This document shows positions 8,070 through 17,329 of a stretch of 33,238 nt of DNA, in pieces. Source of the DNA: an uncultured Ruminococcus sp. GTDB taxonomy: Bacteria; Bacillota; Clostridia; Lachnospirales; Lachnospiraceae. The stretch spans positions 1-33,238 of the forward strand of contig CASERA010000186.1 of NCBI GenBank assembly GCA_949290175.1, given 5' to 3'. The notes beneath the pieces were generated by a model. The model ran no database searches. It saw only the letters and a program-made list of their open reading frames with translations, and was not told the origin of the DNA. Position 1 is the stretch's first letter, and every line of letters begins with the position of its first letter. The translations under genes were made by a program, and so were the position numbers.

Positions 8070-9515
8070 ATGAATAAGAAAATTTGGAATTATATAGAAA
8101 CACATCATATGTTTGAAAAAGGAGACAGAGTCATTGCAGGTATATCGGGCGGGGCGGATTCGGTATGCCTGCTTTTTGTGCTGCTGGAGCTAAGGGAAAG
8201 ACTGGGAATTGAAATTATTGCAGTGCATGTGAATCATGGTTTGCGCGGAGAAACAGCAAAAAGAGATGAAGCATTCACCCGGCGTTTATGTGAAGAGCAT
8301 CAGATTTCCTGCATTATCTGCCGTGAGAATGTGGAATTAATTGCCGGAAAGCGGAAACAATCTATTGAGGAAGCCGGAAGAATGGTTCGCCGGGAATGTT
8401 TTTACCGCGTAATGAAAGAGTCCCGGGGAACAAAAATTGCACTGGCTCATCATCAAAATGACAACGCCGAGACACTGCTGATGAATCTGGCAAGAGGAAC
8501 GGGACTGCGGGGACTGGGAGGAATCCGTCCGGTTAATGGCCGCATTGTCCGTCCGCTTCTCTGTATGAACAGAAGGGAGATTGAGGAGTATCTGCAAACC
8601 AGAGAAATGAACTTCTGTGAGGATGAGACAAATGCAGATGACACCTATACGAGAAACAGGATTCGTCATCGAATTGTGCCGGTTTTGGAACAAGAGGTCA
8701 ACAGACAGGCAGTTCGTCATATGAATGAAACGATGGAGCAGCTTCAGGAGGTTTGGGAATATATGCGGCAGCAGACAGATGCTGCATACAAGCAGAGTGT
8801 TGAATTTCGGGAGAATTCAACGGGAGCGCAGAGCAGGGATAGAATCAGTATTCTAATCAGGGAAAAAGAATTCACACAGTTTCCAAAGATTTTACAGAAG
8901 ATGGTTATTCAGCGTTGTTTGGAAGAGGCGGCATCAGGAGCAAAGGATTTGACATCCGCCCATATAGAGGCCGTTTTAGAATTATTAAAAAAACAAACTG
9001 GGCGCTCCAGAAATCTTCCCGGAAAAATTCAGGCAGAACGGGTGTATGAAGGCATTTTGATTGAGAAGGAGGCAAAAAAGAAAGAGTCAGATGAATTTTT
9101 GGAGCAGATGCTCAAGATACCGGGAACAACTCGTCTGGGCTCACGGAATATGTCCATATGCTGTACAATACTGGAAAAAGATGATGATTTTTCGGCGGAA
9201 CAGATACCGCAAAAACCCTACACGAAATGGTTTGACTATGATATAATAACAAGAAGTCTGACAGTTAGAGGAAGACAGGCTGAAGATGTGATAGGAATTG
9301 ACAGGGAAGGCAGAACGCAGAAGCTGAAATCTTATTTTATCAATGAAAAGATTCCGGCGAAACTGCGGGGAGAAATCCCGTTAATTGCAGAAGGAAGCCA
9401 GATTATATGGGTTGTCGGATACAGGATGAACAGCAGATATCAAGTATCTGACAAGACAAAAAGAATATTAGAGATTAAAATAACGGAGGATAAAAAAGAT
9501 GGCAGAGACAATTAA
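8070..9515 (+). CDS. tilS: tRNA(Ile)-lysidine synthetase
   Basis: PP-loop SGGADS, HVNHGLRG, AHHQNDNAET, RPLL and RNRIRH; C-terminal TilS_C domain. ATG 8070 is preferred over the ORF-track start. Confidence 0.94.
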   Translation: MNKKIWNYIETHHMFEKGDRVIAGISGGADSVCLLFVLLELRERLGIEIIAVHVNHGLRGETAKRDEAFTRRLCEEHQISCIICRENVELIAGKRKQSIEEAGRMVRRECFYRVMKESRGTKIALAHHQNDNAETLLMNLARGTGLRGLGGIRPVNGRIVRPLLCMNRREIEEYLQTREMNFCEDETNADDTYTRNRIRHRIVPVLEQEVNRQAVRHMNETMEQLQEVWEYMRQQTDAAYKQSVEFRENSTGAQSRDRISILIREKEFTQFPKILQKMVIQRCLEEAASGAKDLTSAHIEAVLELLKKQTGRSRNLPGKIQAERVYEGILIEKEAKKKESDEFLEQMLKIPGTTRLGSRNMSICCTILEKDDDFSAEQIPQKPYTKWFDYDIITRSLTVRGRQAEDVIGIDREGRTQKLKSYFINEKIPAKLRGEIPLIAEGSQIIWVVGYRMNSRYQVSDKTKRILEIKITEDKKDGRDN

Positions 9516-10026
9516 AGTTTTAATCCCGGAGAAAGACGTGGATGAAAGGATTGAAGCATTAGGCAAAAAAATTAGTGAAGATTATGCAGGAAAGCAGATT
9601 CATATGATTTGTGTTCTGAAAGGCGGCGTATTCTTCATGTGTGAACTGGCAAAGAGAATCAGTGTACCTGTTTCTTTGGACTTTATGTGCGTCAGCAGTT
9701 ATGGAGATGCAACTTCATCCAGCGGTGTAGTGAGAATTGCAAAGGATTTGGATGAATCTATCGAAGGAAAAGAAGTTCTGATAGTAGAAGACATCATTGA
9801 TTCCGGACGGACACTAGCTTATTTAATTGAGGTTCTGAAGAAAAGAAATCCAAAGAGTGTACACCTGTGTACGCTTCTGGATAAACCGGAGAGAAGAGAA
9901 AAAGAAGTTCAGGTAGATTATGTAGGATTTGAAATACCGGATGAATTTGTAGTCGGATATGGTCTTGACTACGCACAGAAATATAGAAACCTCCCATATA
10001 TTGGAGTGGTAGAAGGTCTGGAATAG
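9499..10026 (+). CDS. hpt: Hypoxanthine phosphoribosyltransferase
   Basis: VLKGG, PRPP motif [31 protein letters not shown]. Confidence 0.96.
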   Translation: MAETIKVLIPEKDVDERIEALGKKISEDYAGKQIHMICVLKGGVFFMCELAKRISVPVSLDFMCVSSYGDATSSSGVVRIAKDLDESIEGKEVLIVEDIIDSGRTLAYLIEVLKKRNPKSVHLCTLLDKPERREKEVQVDYVGFEIPDEFVVGYGLDYAQKYRNLPYIGVVEGLE

Positions 10027-10040
10027 GAAGGAGAATACCA

Positions 10041-11861
10041 TTGAATGACAAAAAGTATAAAGGGGCAAGTGGTGCAACTTTTATAGCGTTTATCGTAATC
10101 ATATTTTTTGTACTATGGACGACAAACAGGATGCAGCTGCGCGGTCAGGAGCTGACTTATACACAGTTTGAGCAGGAAGTACAGGATAACAATGTGGACA
10201 GCGTTGTAATCAGCCAGAATAAGGCGGTGCCGACCGGAGTTGTGACGATGACGCTGAAAGACAGCGGGAATACCGGACGTGTGAACGTATCAGATGTAAA
10301 TGAGATACAGCATATGCTGGATAAGAATGATATTGAGTACCGCCTTGCTGCTGTACAGCAGGATTCTATTATGGAGACTGTGGTACTTCCGGTAGTATTG
10401 ACGATGGTGGGATTCATGTTTATTTTTATGCTGATGAACCGCCAGGGCGGGGGAGCAAATGCCAAAGCCATGAATTTCGGTAAGAGCCGTGCGCAGATGA
10501 GTACAAAGAACGATAACAAAGTTACGTTTGCAGATGTAGCAGGACTTCAGGAAGAGAAAGAAGAGCTGGAAGAGATTGTTGATTTTCTGAAGTCTCCGAA
10601 AAAATATGTGCAGGTAGGAGCTAGGATTCCCAAAGGAGTTTTGCTTGAAGGACCTCCGGGAACTGGTAAGACACTGCTGGCGAAAGCTGTTGCAGGAGAA
10701 GCCGGAGTACCGTTTTTCTCTATTTCGGGATCTGACTTTGTAGAGATGTTTGTTGGTGTAGGTGCATCCCGTGTTCGTGACTTGTTTCAGGATGCGAAGA
10801 AAAATGCACCTTGTATCGTGTTTATTGATGAAATTGACGCTGTGGCAAGACGCCGCGGAAGTGGTCTGGGCGGTGGACATGATGAGCGTGAACAGACATT
10901 GAACCAGATGCTGGTAGAGATGGATGGGTTTGGAGTAAATGAAGGCATTATTGTAATGGCCGCAACAAACCGCAAAGATATTCTGGACCCGGCTATTTTA
11001 AGACCGGGACGTTTCGACCGGAATGTAATTGTAGGTCGTCCGGATGTCAGAGGCCGTGAGGAGATTTTGAAAGTACATGCCAGAAATAAGCCTCTGGGGG
11101 ATGATGTGGACCTGAAACAGATTGCACAAACGACGAGTGGATTTACCGGCGCGGACTTAGAGAACCTTTTGAATGAAGCAGCGATTCTTGCCGCAAAAGA
11201 GGACCGGGTTTATCTTAAGCAGTCAGATATCCGCAATGCGTTTGTAAAAGTTGGAATCGGACCAGAAAAAAGAAGTCGTGTTGTATCGGAAAAAGAAAGA
11301 AGGATTACGGCATATCATGAAGCAGGGCATGCGATTTTATTCCATGTTCTTCCGGATGTAGGTCCTGTTTACAGTATATCCATCGTGCCGACAGGCGGAG
11401 CAGGGGGCTATACGATGCCGCTGCCTCAGGGAGATGATATGTTCAATACAAAAGGGCATATGCTTCAGGAGATTACGGTTTCTCTTGGAGGCCGTGCTGC
11501 GGAAGAGCAGATTTTTGATGATATTACCACTGGAGCATCTCAGGATATCAAACAGGCAACAGCGATTGCAAAATCTATGATTACCAAGTTTGGTATGTCA
11601 GAGAGGCTGGGGCTGATTAATTACGATAATGACAGCAATGAGGTATTTATCGGAAGAGATTTTGGGCATACATCCAGAGGGTATGGAGAGAAGGTTGCCG
11701 GAACTATTGATGAAGAGGTAAAGAGGATTATTGATGAATGTTATTTGAAAGCAAAATCAATCCTCGAGGAACATCAGTCCGTTCTGGAAGCCTGTGCGCA
11801 ATTATTACTTGAAAAAGAAAAGATTACGAGAAGTGAGTTTGAAGCACTTTTCGAGGAGTAA
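10041..11861 (+). CDS. ftsH: ATP-dependent zinc metalloprotease FtsH
   Basis: Two TM helices, Walker A GPPGTGKT, Walker B FIDEID, SRH (RPGRFDR) and HEAGH zinc motif; TTG start after AAGGAG. Confidence 0.97.
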   Translation: MNDKKYKGASGATFIAFIVIIFFVLWTTNRMQLRGQELTYTQFEQEVQDNNVDSVVISQNKAVPTGVVTMTLKDSGNTGRVNVSDVNEIQHMLDKNDIEYRLAAVQQDSIMETVVLPVVLTMVGFMFIFMLMNRQGGGANAKAMNFGKSRAQMSTKNDNKVTFADVAGLQEEKEELEEIVDFLKSPKKYVQVGARIPKGVLLEGPPGTGKTLLAKAVAGEAGVPFFSISGSDFVEMFVGVGASRVRDLFQDAKKNAPCIVFIDEIDAVARRRGSGLGGGHDEREQTLNQMLVEMDGFGVNEGIIVMAATNRKDILDPAILRPGRFDRNVIVGRPDVRGREEILKVHARNKPLGDDVDLKQIAQTTSGFTGADLENLLNEAAILAAKEDRVYLKQSDIRNAFVKVGIGPEKRSRVVSEKERRITAYHEAGHAILFHVLPDVGPVYSISIVPTGGAGGYTMPLPQGDDMFNTKGHMLQEITVSLGGRAAEEQIFDDITTGASQDIKQATAIAKSMITKFGMSERLGLINYDNDSNEVFIGRDFGHTSRGYGEKVAGTIDEEVKRIIDECYLKAKSILEEHQSVLEACAQLLLEKEKITRSEFEALFEE

Positions 11862-11867
11862 ATGAAA

Positions 11868-11920
11868 TGGGGCAAGTTTGTTTGGAAACTCAGTGAGAGT
11901 ATACAAATGGGCTTGCCCCA
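11868..11920 (+). other. Long intergenic RNA hairpin abutting the next RBS
   Basis: TGGGGCAAGTTTGTTTG pairs with CAAATGGGCTTGCCCCA (17 bp including four G-U), plus inner ACTC/GAGT. No U tract directly follows. Confidence 0.65.
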
Positions 11921-11932
11921 AAGGAGGTTTTT

Positions 11933-13975
11933 ATGAATGAAAATGCATTGTTTTGCGATGGGACATCGGACTATGTGATGCCTTCGGAGCCTGATATCAA
12001 TGAGAATATCAGGCTGAGATTCCGAACTGCAAAGGATGATGTGGATGATGTATGTCTGATAACCGATCAGAGAAGCTATCCGATGAAAAAGGCCTGTTCA
12101 CGGGGAGAATTTGACTATTATGAGATTGAGTGGCTTTTGGGGACAGAGCTGTTTTCTTACTATTTCTGCATTAGCAGTGGAGAAGAAATCAAGTATTACC
12201 ATCAGTGCGGCACTTCAGAAGAAGCTGTGGATTATTATGCATTCCGGATTATGCCGGGATTCTCGACACCGGACTGGGCAAAAGGCGCAGTCATGTATCA
12301 GATATTTGTAGATCGTTTTTATAATGGAGACCCGACGAATGATGTACAGGATAATGAGTATATTTATATCGGGCATCCAAGCGTGCAGGTAAAGGATTGG
12401 AATGAGCTTCCAAAAGCAATGGATATTCGTAGATTTTATGGCGGAGATTTGCAGGGAGTGTTGGAGAAGTTGGATTATCTGCAGGATTTAGGTGTTGAGG
12501 TTATCTATTTTAACCCTCTCTTTGTATCACCATCAAATCATAAGTATGATACTCAGGATTATGATTATATCGATCCTCATTATGGAGTGATTGTAAATGA
12601 TGGAGGCGAGAGAATATCTGAATGGGCAGAGGATAACACCCGTGCGACAAAATATCAAAAACGTACAGGGGATATTCGGAATCTGGAGGCAAGCAACAGA
12701 TTATTTGCACAACTCGTGGAAGAAATGCATAGGAGAGGAATGCGGGTAATTTTAGACGGGGTATTTAACCACTGCGGTTCTTTCAATAAGTGGATGGACA
12801 GGGAGCGTATTTACGAACAGCAAGAGGATTATGAAAAGGGGGCATATATCAGTGCAGACAGCCCTTACAGAGACTTTTTTCATTTTTCGGATCAGAGGGA
12901 TGAGGCATGGCCTTACAATAACAGTTATGATGGCTGGTGGGGGCATGACACTCTGCCGAAGTTAAATTATGAGGATTCTCCAAAACTGGAAAAATACATT
13001 ATGGATATTGGGAAAAAATGGGTGTCTCCTCCGTATAATGCAGACGGGTGGCGTCTGGATGTGGCAGCGGATTTGGGATACAGTAATGAATATAATCATC
13101 TGTTTTGGAAAGAATTTCGCAAACAGGTGAAGTCAGCGAATCCGGAGGCATTGATTTTAGCAGAACATTACGGAGATCCCGGAGAATGGCTTCAGGGAGA
13201 TGAATGGGACAGTGTAATGAACTATGATGCGTTTATGGAGCCATTGACCTGGTTTCTGACCGGTATGGAAAAACACAGTGACGAGCGCAGAACAGATTTA
13301 TGGGGAAATGCTGACAACTTTGTAAGTACGATGAATCATTTCATGGCGAGTATGCTTACCCCGTCTCTTCAGGTTGCGATGAACGAGCTTTCAAATCATG
13401 ACCATTCCCGTTTTCTGACACGTACCAATCACATTGTAGGGCGTGTGGAGCATCTTGGAAGCAAGGCCGCAGAAGAAGGGATTAACAGTGCGGTGATGCG
13501 GGAGGCAGTAGTGGTTCAGATGACCTGGGTAGGCGCTCCGACTATTTACTATGGTGATGAAGCCGGGCTGTGTGGATTTACAGATCCGGATAACCGCAGA
13601 GCATATCCATGGGGGAATGAAAATAAGGAACTGCTGGAATTTCATAAGGAAATGATTCGGATTCATAAGACGGAAAAACCCCTGAAAACGGGTTCCTTAA
13701 AAATGCTTTATTGGGAGAATAATGTGCTTGCATATGCGAGATTTCAGGGAGAAGATCAGATAGTAGTGGTTTTAAATAACAGCAAGGAACTAAAAGAAGT
13801 GACGGTTCCCGTCTGGCCGGCGGAAATTTCAATAAAAGCGAAGATGGCGCGATTGGTTTATTCCTGGGAACAGGGTTATACCACGGAGAAAGATATTTAT
13901 TTTGTGGAAGATGGAGAAGTTGTTCTGAATATGGGAAGGCACTCCGCGATTGTATTGAAGCCGATAAAAGCATAA
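11933..13975 (+). CDS. Intracellular GH13 enzyme (neopullulanase/cyclomaltodextrinase/debranching type) with N-terminal Ig-like domain
   Basis: YQIFVDRF, GGDLQG, DGVFNH, GWRLDVA (nucleophile), LAEHY (acid/base), SNHD, YYGDE and DPDNRR; no signal peptide. Confidence 0.9.
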   Translation: MNENALFCDGTSDYVMPSEPDINENIRLRFRTAKDDVDDVCLITDQRSYPMKKACSRGEFDYYEIEWLLGTELFSYYFCISSGEEIKYYHQCGTSEEAVDYYAFRIMPGFSTPDWAKGAVMYQIFVDRFYNGDPTNDVQDNEYIYIGHPSVQVKDWNELPKAMDIRRFYGGDLQGVLEKLDYLQDLGVEVIYFNPLFVSPSNHKYDTQDYDYIDPHYGVIVNDGGERISEWAEDNTRATKYQKRTGDIRNLEASNRLFAQLVEEMHRRGMRVILDGVFNHCGSFNKWMDRERIYEQQEDYEKGAYISADSPYRDFFHFSDQRDEAWPYNNSYDGWWGHDTLPKLNYEDSPKLEKYIMDIGKKWVSPPYNADGWRLDVAADLGYSNEYNHLFWKEFRKQVKSANPEALILAEHYGDPGEWLQGDEWDSVMNYDAFMEPLTWFLTGMEKHSDERRTDLWGNADNFVSTMNHFMASMLTPSLQVAMNELSNHDHSRFLTRTNHIVGRVEHLGSKAAEEGINSAVMREAVVVQMTWVGAPTIYYGDEAGLCGFTDPDNRRAYPWGNENKELLEFHKEMIRIHKTEKPLKTGSLKMLYWENNVLAYARFQGEDQIVVVLNNSKELKEVTVPVWPAEISIKAKMARLVYSWEQGYTTEKDIYFVEDGEVVLNMGRHSAIVLKPIKA

Positions 13976-13990
13976 AGTTCGAGAAACAAC

Positions 13991-14052
13991 AACTGGACTG
14001 GTCTAAAAGTGTGTAACTGGATATTTTAACAAATCCAGCATTATGCTATTCT
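13991..14052 (+). promoter_or_regulatory. Putative MocR/PdxR-type operator overlapping an extended -10 promoter
   Basis: AACTGGA at 13991 and 14015 (plus ACTGGT at 13997), inverted pair CTGGAT-N10-ATCCAG (14017-14038), and TGcTATTCT at 14044-14052. Confidence 0.55.
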
Positions 14053-14105
14053 TTATCCATGTTCCAAAAGGACGATATAAAATAACTAAGAAAGTGTGAT
14101 GAGAG

Positions 14106-14963
14106 ATGATAAAGAAGATAGCGGTAGTCAATGATCTATCTGGATTTGGAAAATGTTCTCTGACAGCGGCAATTTCTGCAATTTCTGCAATGGGGGTGCA
14201 GGTATGCCCGCTTCCTACTGCTGTATTGAGTGCACAGACCGGATACTCTGGATATTATTGTGTAGATTTAACTGATAAGATGAAAAACTTTCAGCAATCC
14301 TGGGAGAAAATGGGGGCAGAGTTTGATGGGATTTACACAGGATTTGCAGCAAGTATGGAGCAGATTGGGCAGATGATAGATTTTGCAGAATCTTTTCACA
14401 ATAAGAAAAATTTCCTTCTCGTAGATCCTGTGATGGGAGACAACGGAAAGCGGTTCGATATTTTCTCACCGGAATTTTGTAAGAAGATGAAAGAGCTGGT
14501 GAAAAAGGCAGATGTAGCAACCCCGAATCTGACAGAACTTTGTATTTTAACGGATACGGATTACCGGATGATAGAAAATATGACAGATGAACAGCATCTG
14601 CTGACAGTGGTGAAACAGCTTGCTGAAAATTTAAGGCAGGATGGAGCTAAAACAGTGATTGTAACGGGAATCCGGTTCAGAGATTCAGAAGATGGGATTC
14701 AGAAAATGGGAAATCTTGCTGTTCAGGGGAAAGAAAGTTACATTTCCGCATTTCCTTATGTAGGAGGAAGCTATTCGGGAACTGGAGATTTGTTTGCATC
14801 GATTGTAGCCGGAGGGTTGACGAGAGGTCAAAATCTCAAGGAATTGATAGATTTAGCGGGGCTCTTTATTGAAAGGGCAATCACAGATGCCGTAGAGTCG
14901 AAAATACCGCGAAATGATGGTGTAGAGTATGAAAAATATCTGCACATGCTATTTCAGGGATAG
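14106..14963 (+). CDS. pdxK: Pyridoxal/pyridoxamine kinase (ribokinase fold)
   Basis: NDLSGFGKCSL, PLPTAVLS, VDPVMGD, TPNLTE and anion hole SGTGDLF, typical of clostridial pyridoxamine kinases. Confidence 0.88.
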   Translation: MIKKIAVVNDLSGFGKCSLTAAISAISAMGVQVCPLPTAVLSAQTGYSGYYCVDLTDKMKNFQQSWEKMGAEFDGIYTGFAASMEQIGQMIDFAESFHNKKNFLLVDPVMGDNGKRFDIFSPEFCKKMKELVKKADVATPNLTELCILTDTDYRMIENMTDEQHLLTVVKQLAENLRQDGAKTVIVTGIRFRDSEDGIQKMGNLAVQGKESYISAFPYVGGSYSGTGDLFASIVAGGLTRGQNLKELIDLAGLFIERAITDAVESKIPRNDGVEYEKYLHMLFQG

Positions 14964-15032
14964 AGTTTTCATCAGAAATTTCAAAATCAGCAGAATAAAA
15001 AGGAAATATGCGAGAGTCAGAGGGAGGAACTT

Positions 15033-15554
15033 ATGAGACAGAGAACTTCAAAAATGGTAACAACAGGATTGTTTTCAGCGATGATCACAATTATGACGGC
15101 ATATATTTGTCATATTCCCTATGGTATGAATGGAGGGTATGTGCATTTTGGGGATGCGCTTATTTATTTGGCGGCAGTATTTCTTCCCCGCCCATATGCT
15201 TTGGCTGCAGCGGCTATCGGGGGCGGCCTGGCAGATCTTTTGACGGCTCCAATGTGGATGCCGGCAACGGTGATAATCAAAATGCTGATTGTACTGCCGT
15301 TTACGCATAAGGGAGACAAGATTCTGTCAAAAAGAAATATAATAGCCCCATTTATGGCATTGCTCATTTCAACAGCCGGCTATTATCTTGCAGAGGGCAT
15401 CTTATTTGGTTCATTTGGGGCGGCATTGCTGACCATATCCGGCAGTCTTATACAGTCGGGAGGAAGTGCGGCAGTGTTTTATATTTTGGGGACGATGCTG
15501 GATAAACTGCATGTAAAAAACAGACTGAAGGCAGAGCTAAATCTTCACTGTTAA
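15033..15554 (+). CDS. ECF transporter S-component-like membrane protein (resembles the TIGR04002 family; PdxU/HmpT-like)
   Basis: 173 aa and mostly hydrophobic; IP...GGYVHFGD, AAAIGGGLADL and W.PAT.IIK motifs of B6/HMP-type S components. Confidence 0.8.
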   Translation: MRQRTSKMVTTGLFSAMITIMTAYICHIPYGMNGGYVHFGDALIYLAAVFLPRPYALAAAAIGGGLADLLTAPMWMPATVIIKMLIVLPFTHKGDKILSKRNIIAPFMALLISTAGYYLAEGILFGSFGAALLTISGSLIQSGGSAAVFYILGTMLDKLHVKNRLKAELNLHC

Positions 15555-15619
15555 AAGAATATGCTAATCCACGAAGATTTAATCAGCAAAGCATGGTGGG
15601 GGAGAGAGGAGAGAAGTAT

Positions 15620-16216
15620 ATGGCTGATATTCTGTATACATATAAAAACCAGGTTTATGTAAATATAACGAATAAGTGCGATTGCAGATGTACATTTTGT
15701 GTCCGCAGTCATCAGGATGGAGTTGGGGATGCAGAAACGCTCTGGCACAGCACAGAACCGTCACTGGAAGAAATAAAAGCAGCAATTGATGCATTTGATT
15801 TTTCCGGTTATAAAGAGGTTGTATACTGTGGATATGGGGAACCGACGTGCGCGTTGGAGAATCTGTTAAAATCAGCAAAATACATAAAAGAGAATATAAA
15901 ATTACCAATCCGTGTCAATACAAACGGTTTGGGCAATCTGTATCATAAAAGAAATATTGTACCAGAATTGGCAGAGGTTGTAGATACGGTATCTATTAGT
16001 CTGAATGCACCCGACAGGGAGACATATATGGAGGTGACACGTCCTGTATTTGAAAATGCCTTTGAGGGAATGATAGAGTTTGCTTCTAAGTGCAAAGAAA
16101 CAATTCCGAATGTAAAAATGACAGTAGTAGATGTGTTGTCTCAGGAAGAAATTGAAGCAAGCCGAAGTCTGGCAGAAAAGATTGGAGTAGAACTCCGGGT
16201 AAGAAAATATGCCTGA
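15620..16216 (+). CDS. Small radical SAM enzyme (resembles the TIGR04100 / TatD-associated radical SAM family)
   Basis: YVNITNK-CDCRCTFC (CxxxCxxC), CGYGEPT, VNTNG and SISLNA; about 198 aa partial barrel; ATG 15620 follows GGAG. Confidence 0.87.
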   Translation: MADILYTYKNQVYVNITNKCDCRCTFCVRSHQDGVGDAETLWHSTEPSLEEIKAAIDAFDFSGYKEVVYCGYGEPTCALENLLKSAKYIKENIKLPIRVNTNGLGNLYHKRNIVPELAEVVDTVSISLNAPDRETYMEVTRPVFENAFEGMIEFASKCKETIPNVKMTVVDVLSQEEIEASRSLAEKIGVELRVRKYA

Positions 16217-16220
16217 GGAT

Positions 16221-16253
16221 ATAAAATAAAGCCGTCGCATTTACGCGGCGGCT
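16221..16253. terminator. Probable terminator between convergent genes
   Basis: AGCCGTCGC/GCGGCGGCT stem; the A-rich run on the left gives a U tract on the minus strand. Confidence 0.6.
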
Positions 16254-16302
16254 CATACTCACCATTTCATTAAGGATAGCCAAGTCAAGTATTTATCGGT
16301 TA

Positions 16303-17145
16303 TTATTTGCCAAGTCCGGTTAAAAACTCAACTGTTTCGGGATCATAGTGAGAGAAGAACAGGCTTTCTCCCTCGTCCAAAGGTTTAATTGCTGCCATAT
16401 CCTCTGTGGACAACGTAAAGTCAAACACATCAAAGTTCTGGATTATGCGTTCTTTATGTGTAGATTTCGGGATTACTACCACATCACTCTGGAGTAGGAA
16501 CCGCAGAGCCACCTGTGCGGCACTCTTGTCGTATTTCTTGCCAATTTCGTTCAGAACAGGATTATTAAAGAAGTCTTTACGACCCTCCGCAAACGGTCCC
16601 CAGGATTCATGCTGAACGCCGTATTTCTTCATAATCTCATGAGCCTTCTCCTGCTGCTGGAACACATGAGTTTCCACCTGATTGACGGCAGGCTTTACTT
16701 CAACAAACTGGCACAGATCTATCAGTCTGTCAGGATAGAAGTTAGAAACTCCAATGGCACGGATATACCCCGCTTTGTAGGCTTCTTCCATTGCACGATA
16801 AGTACCGTAATAATCATTGAAAGGCTGGTGGATCAGAAGAAGATCAATGTATTCCGTTTTCAATTTTTTCAAAGATTCTTCGATAGAAGCCTTTGCCTTT
16901 TCGTATCCGGCATTTGAAATCCATACCTTAGTAGTGATAAAAAGATCGTCGCGGGCAACACCGCATTTCTCGATGGCATTTCCAACAGCTTCTTCATTGT
17001 TATAAGCCTGTGCAGTGTCGATGGAACGATAGCCTACGCTGATAGCGTCCAGCACGCACTGTTCCGTTTCTGCCGCATCTATCTGATATACGCCATAGCC
17101 CAGTTTCGGCATTTTGATTCCGTTATTCAAAGTTACAAATTCCAT
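16303..17145 (-). CDS. Aldo/keto reductase (2,5-diketo-gluconate reductase-like)
   Basis: GYRSIDTAQAY, FITTKVW, DLLLIHQP, IGVSNF, NQVE and IPKS give the Asp-Tyr-Lys-His tetrad. Confidence 0.92.
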   Translation of the reverse strand: MEFVTLNNGIKMPKLGYGVYQIDAAETEQCVLDAISVGYRSIDTAQAYNNEEAVGNAIEKCGVARDDLFITTKVWISNAGYEKAKASIEESLKKLKTEYIDLLLIHQPFNDYYGTYRAMEEAYKAGYIRAIGVSNFYPDRLIDLCQFVEVKPAVNQVETHVFQQQEKAHEIMKKYGVQHESWGPFAEGRKDFFNNPVLNEIGKKYDKSAAQVALRFLLQSDVVVIPKSTHKERIIQNFDVFDFTLSTEDMAAIKPLDEGESLFFSHYDPETVEFLTGLGK

Positions 17146-17272
17146 GATAAATTCCTCCTCTTATTTTTCTACATTTCTATGCCATACAGCGTCGTATCCA
17201 AAATTGTGACTTTTCCCGAAAAAAGTACAATATAGGAAGCCCGGCATTTTCTGACCTTGTCGTCTTTATTAT

Positions 17273-17308
17273 AAAAAAATCAAGGCTTCCGAAGAAGTCT
17301 CGATTTTT
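17273..17308 (-). terminator. Terminator for the LysR gene, overlapping the reductase promoter
   Basis: Minus strand AAAAATCGAGACTTC-TTCG-GAAGCCTTGATTTTTTT: a cUUCGg tetraloop plus U7 run, directly followed by TATAAT (17273-17268). Confidence 0.7.
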
Positions 17309-17329
17309 CATGAGGTGTAAACTAAAAGG

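Noticed and set aside
13976-14105. TPP riboswitch upstream of the kinase (ThiD/HMP salvage interpretation)
   Set aside because: No TGAGA-containing TPP aptamer core or terminator was found, and the kinase motifs fit the pyridoxamine kinase type better.
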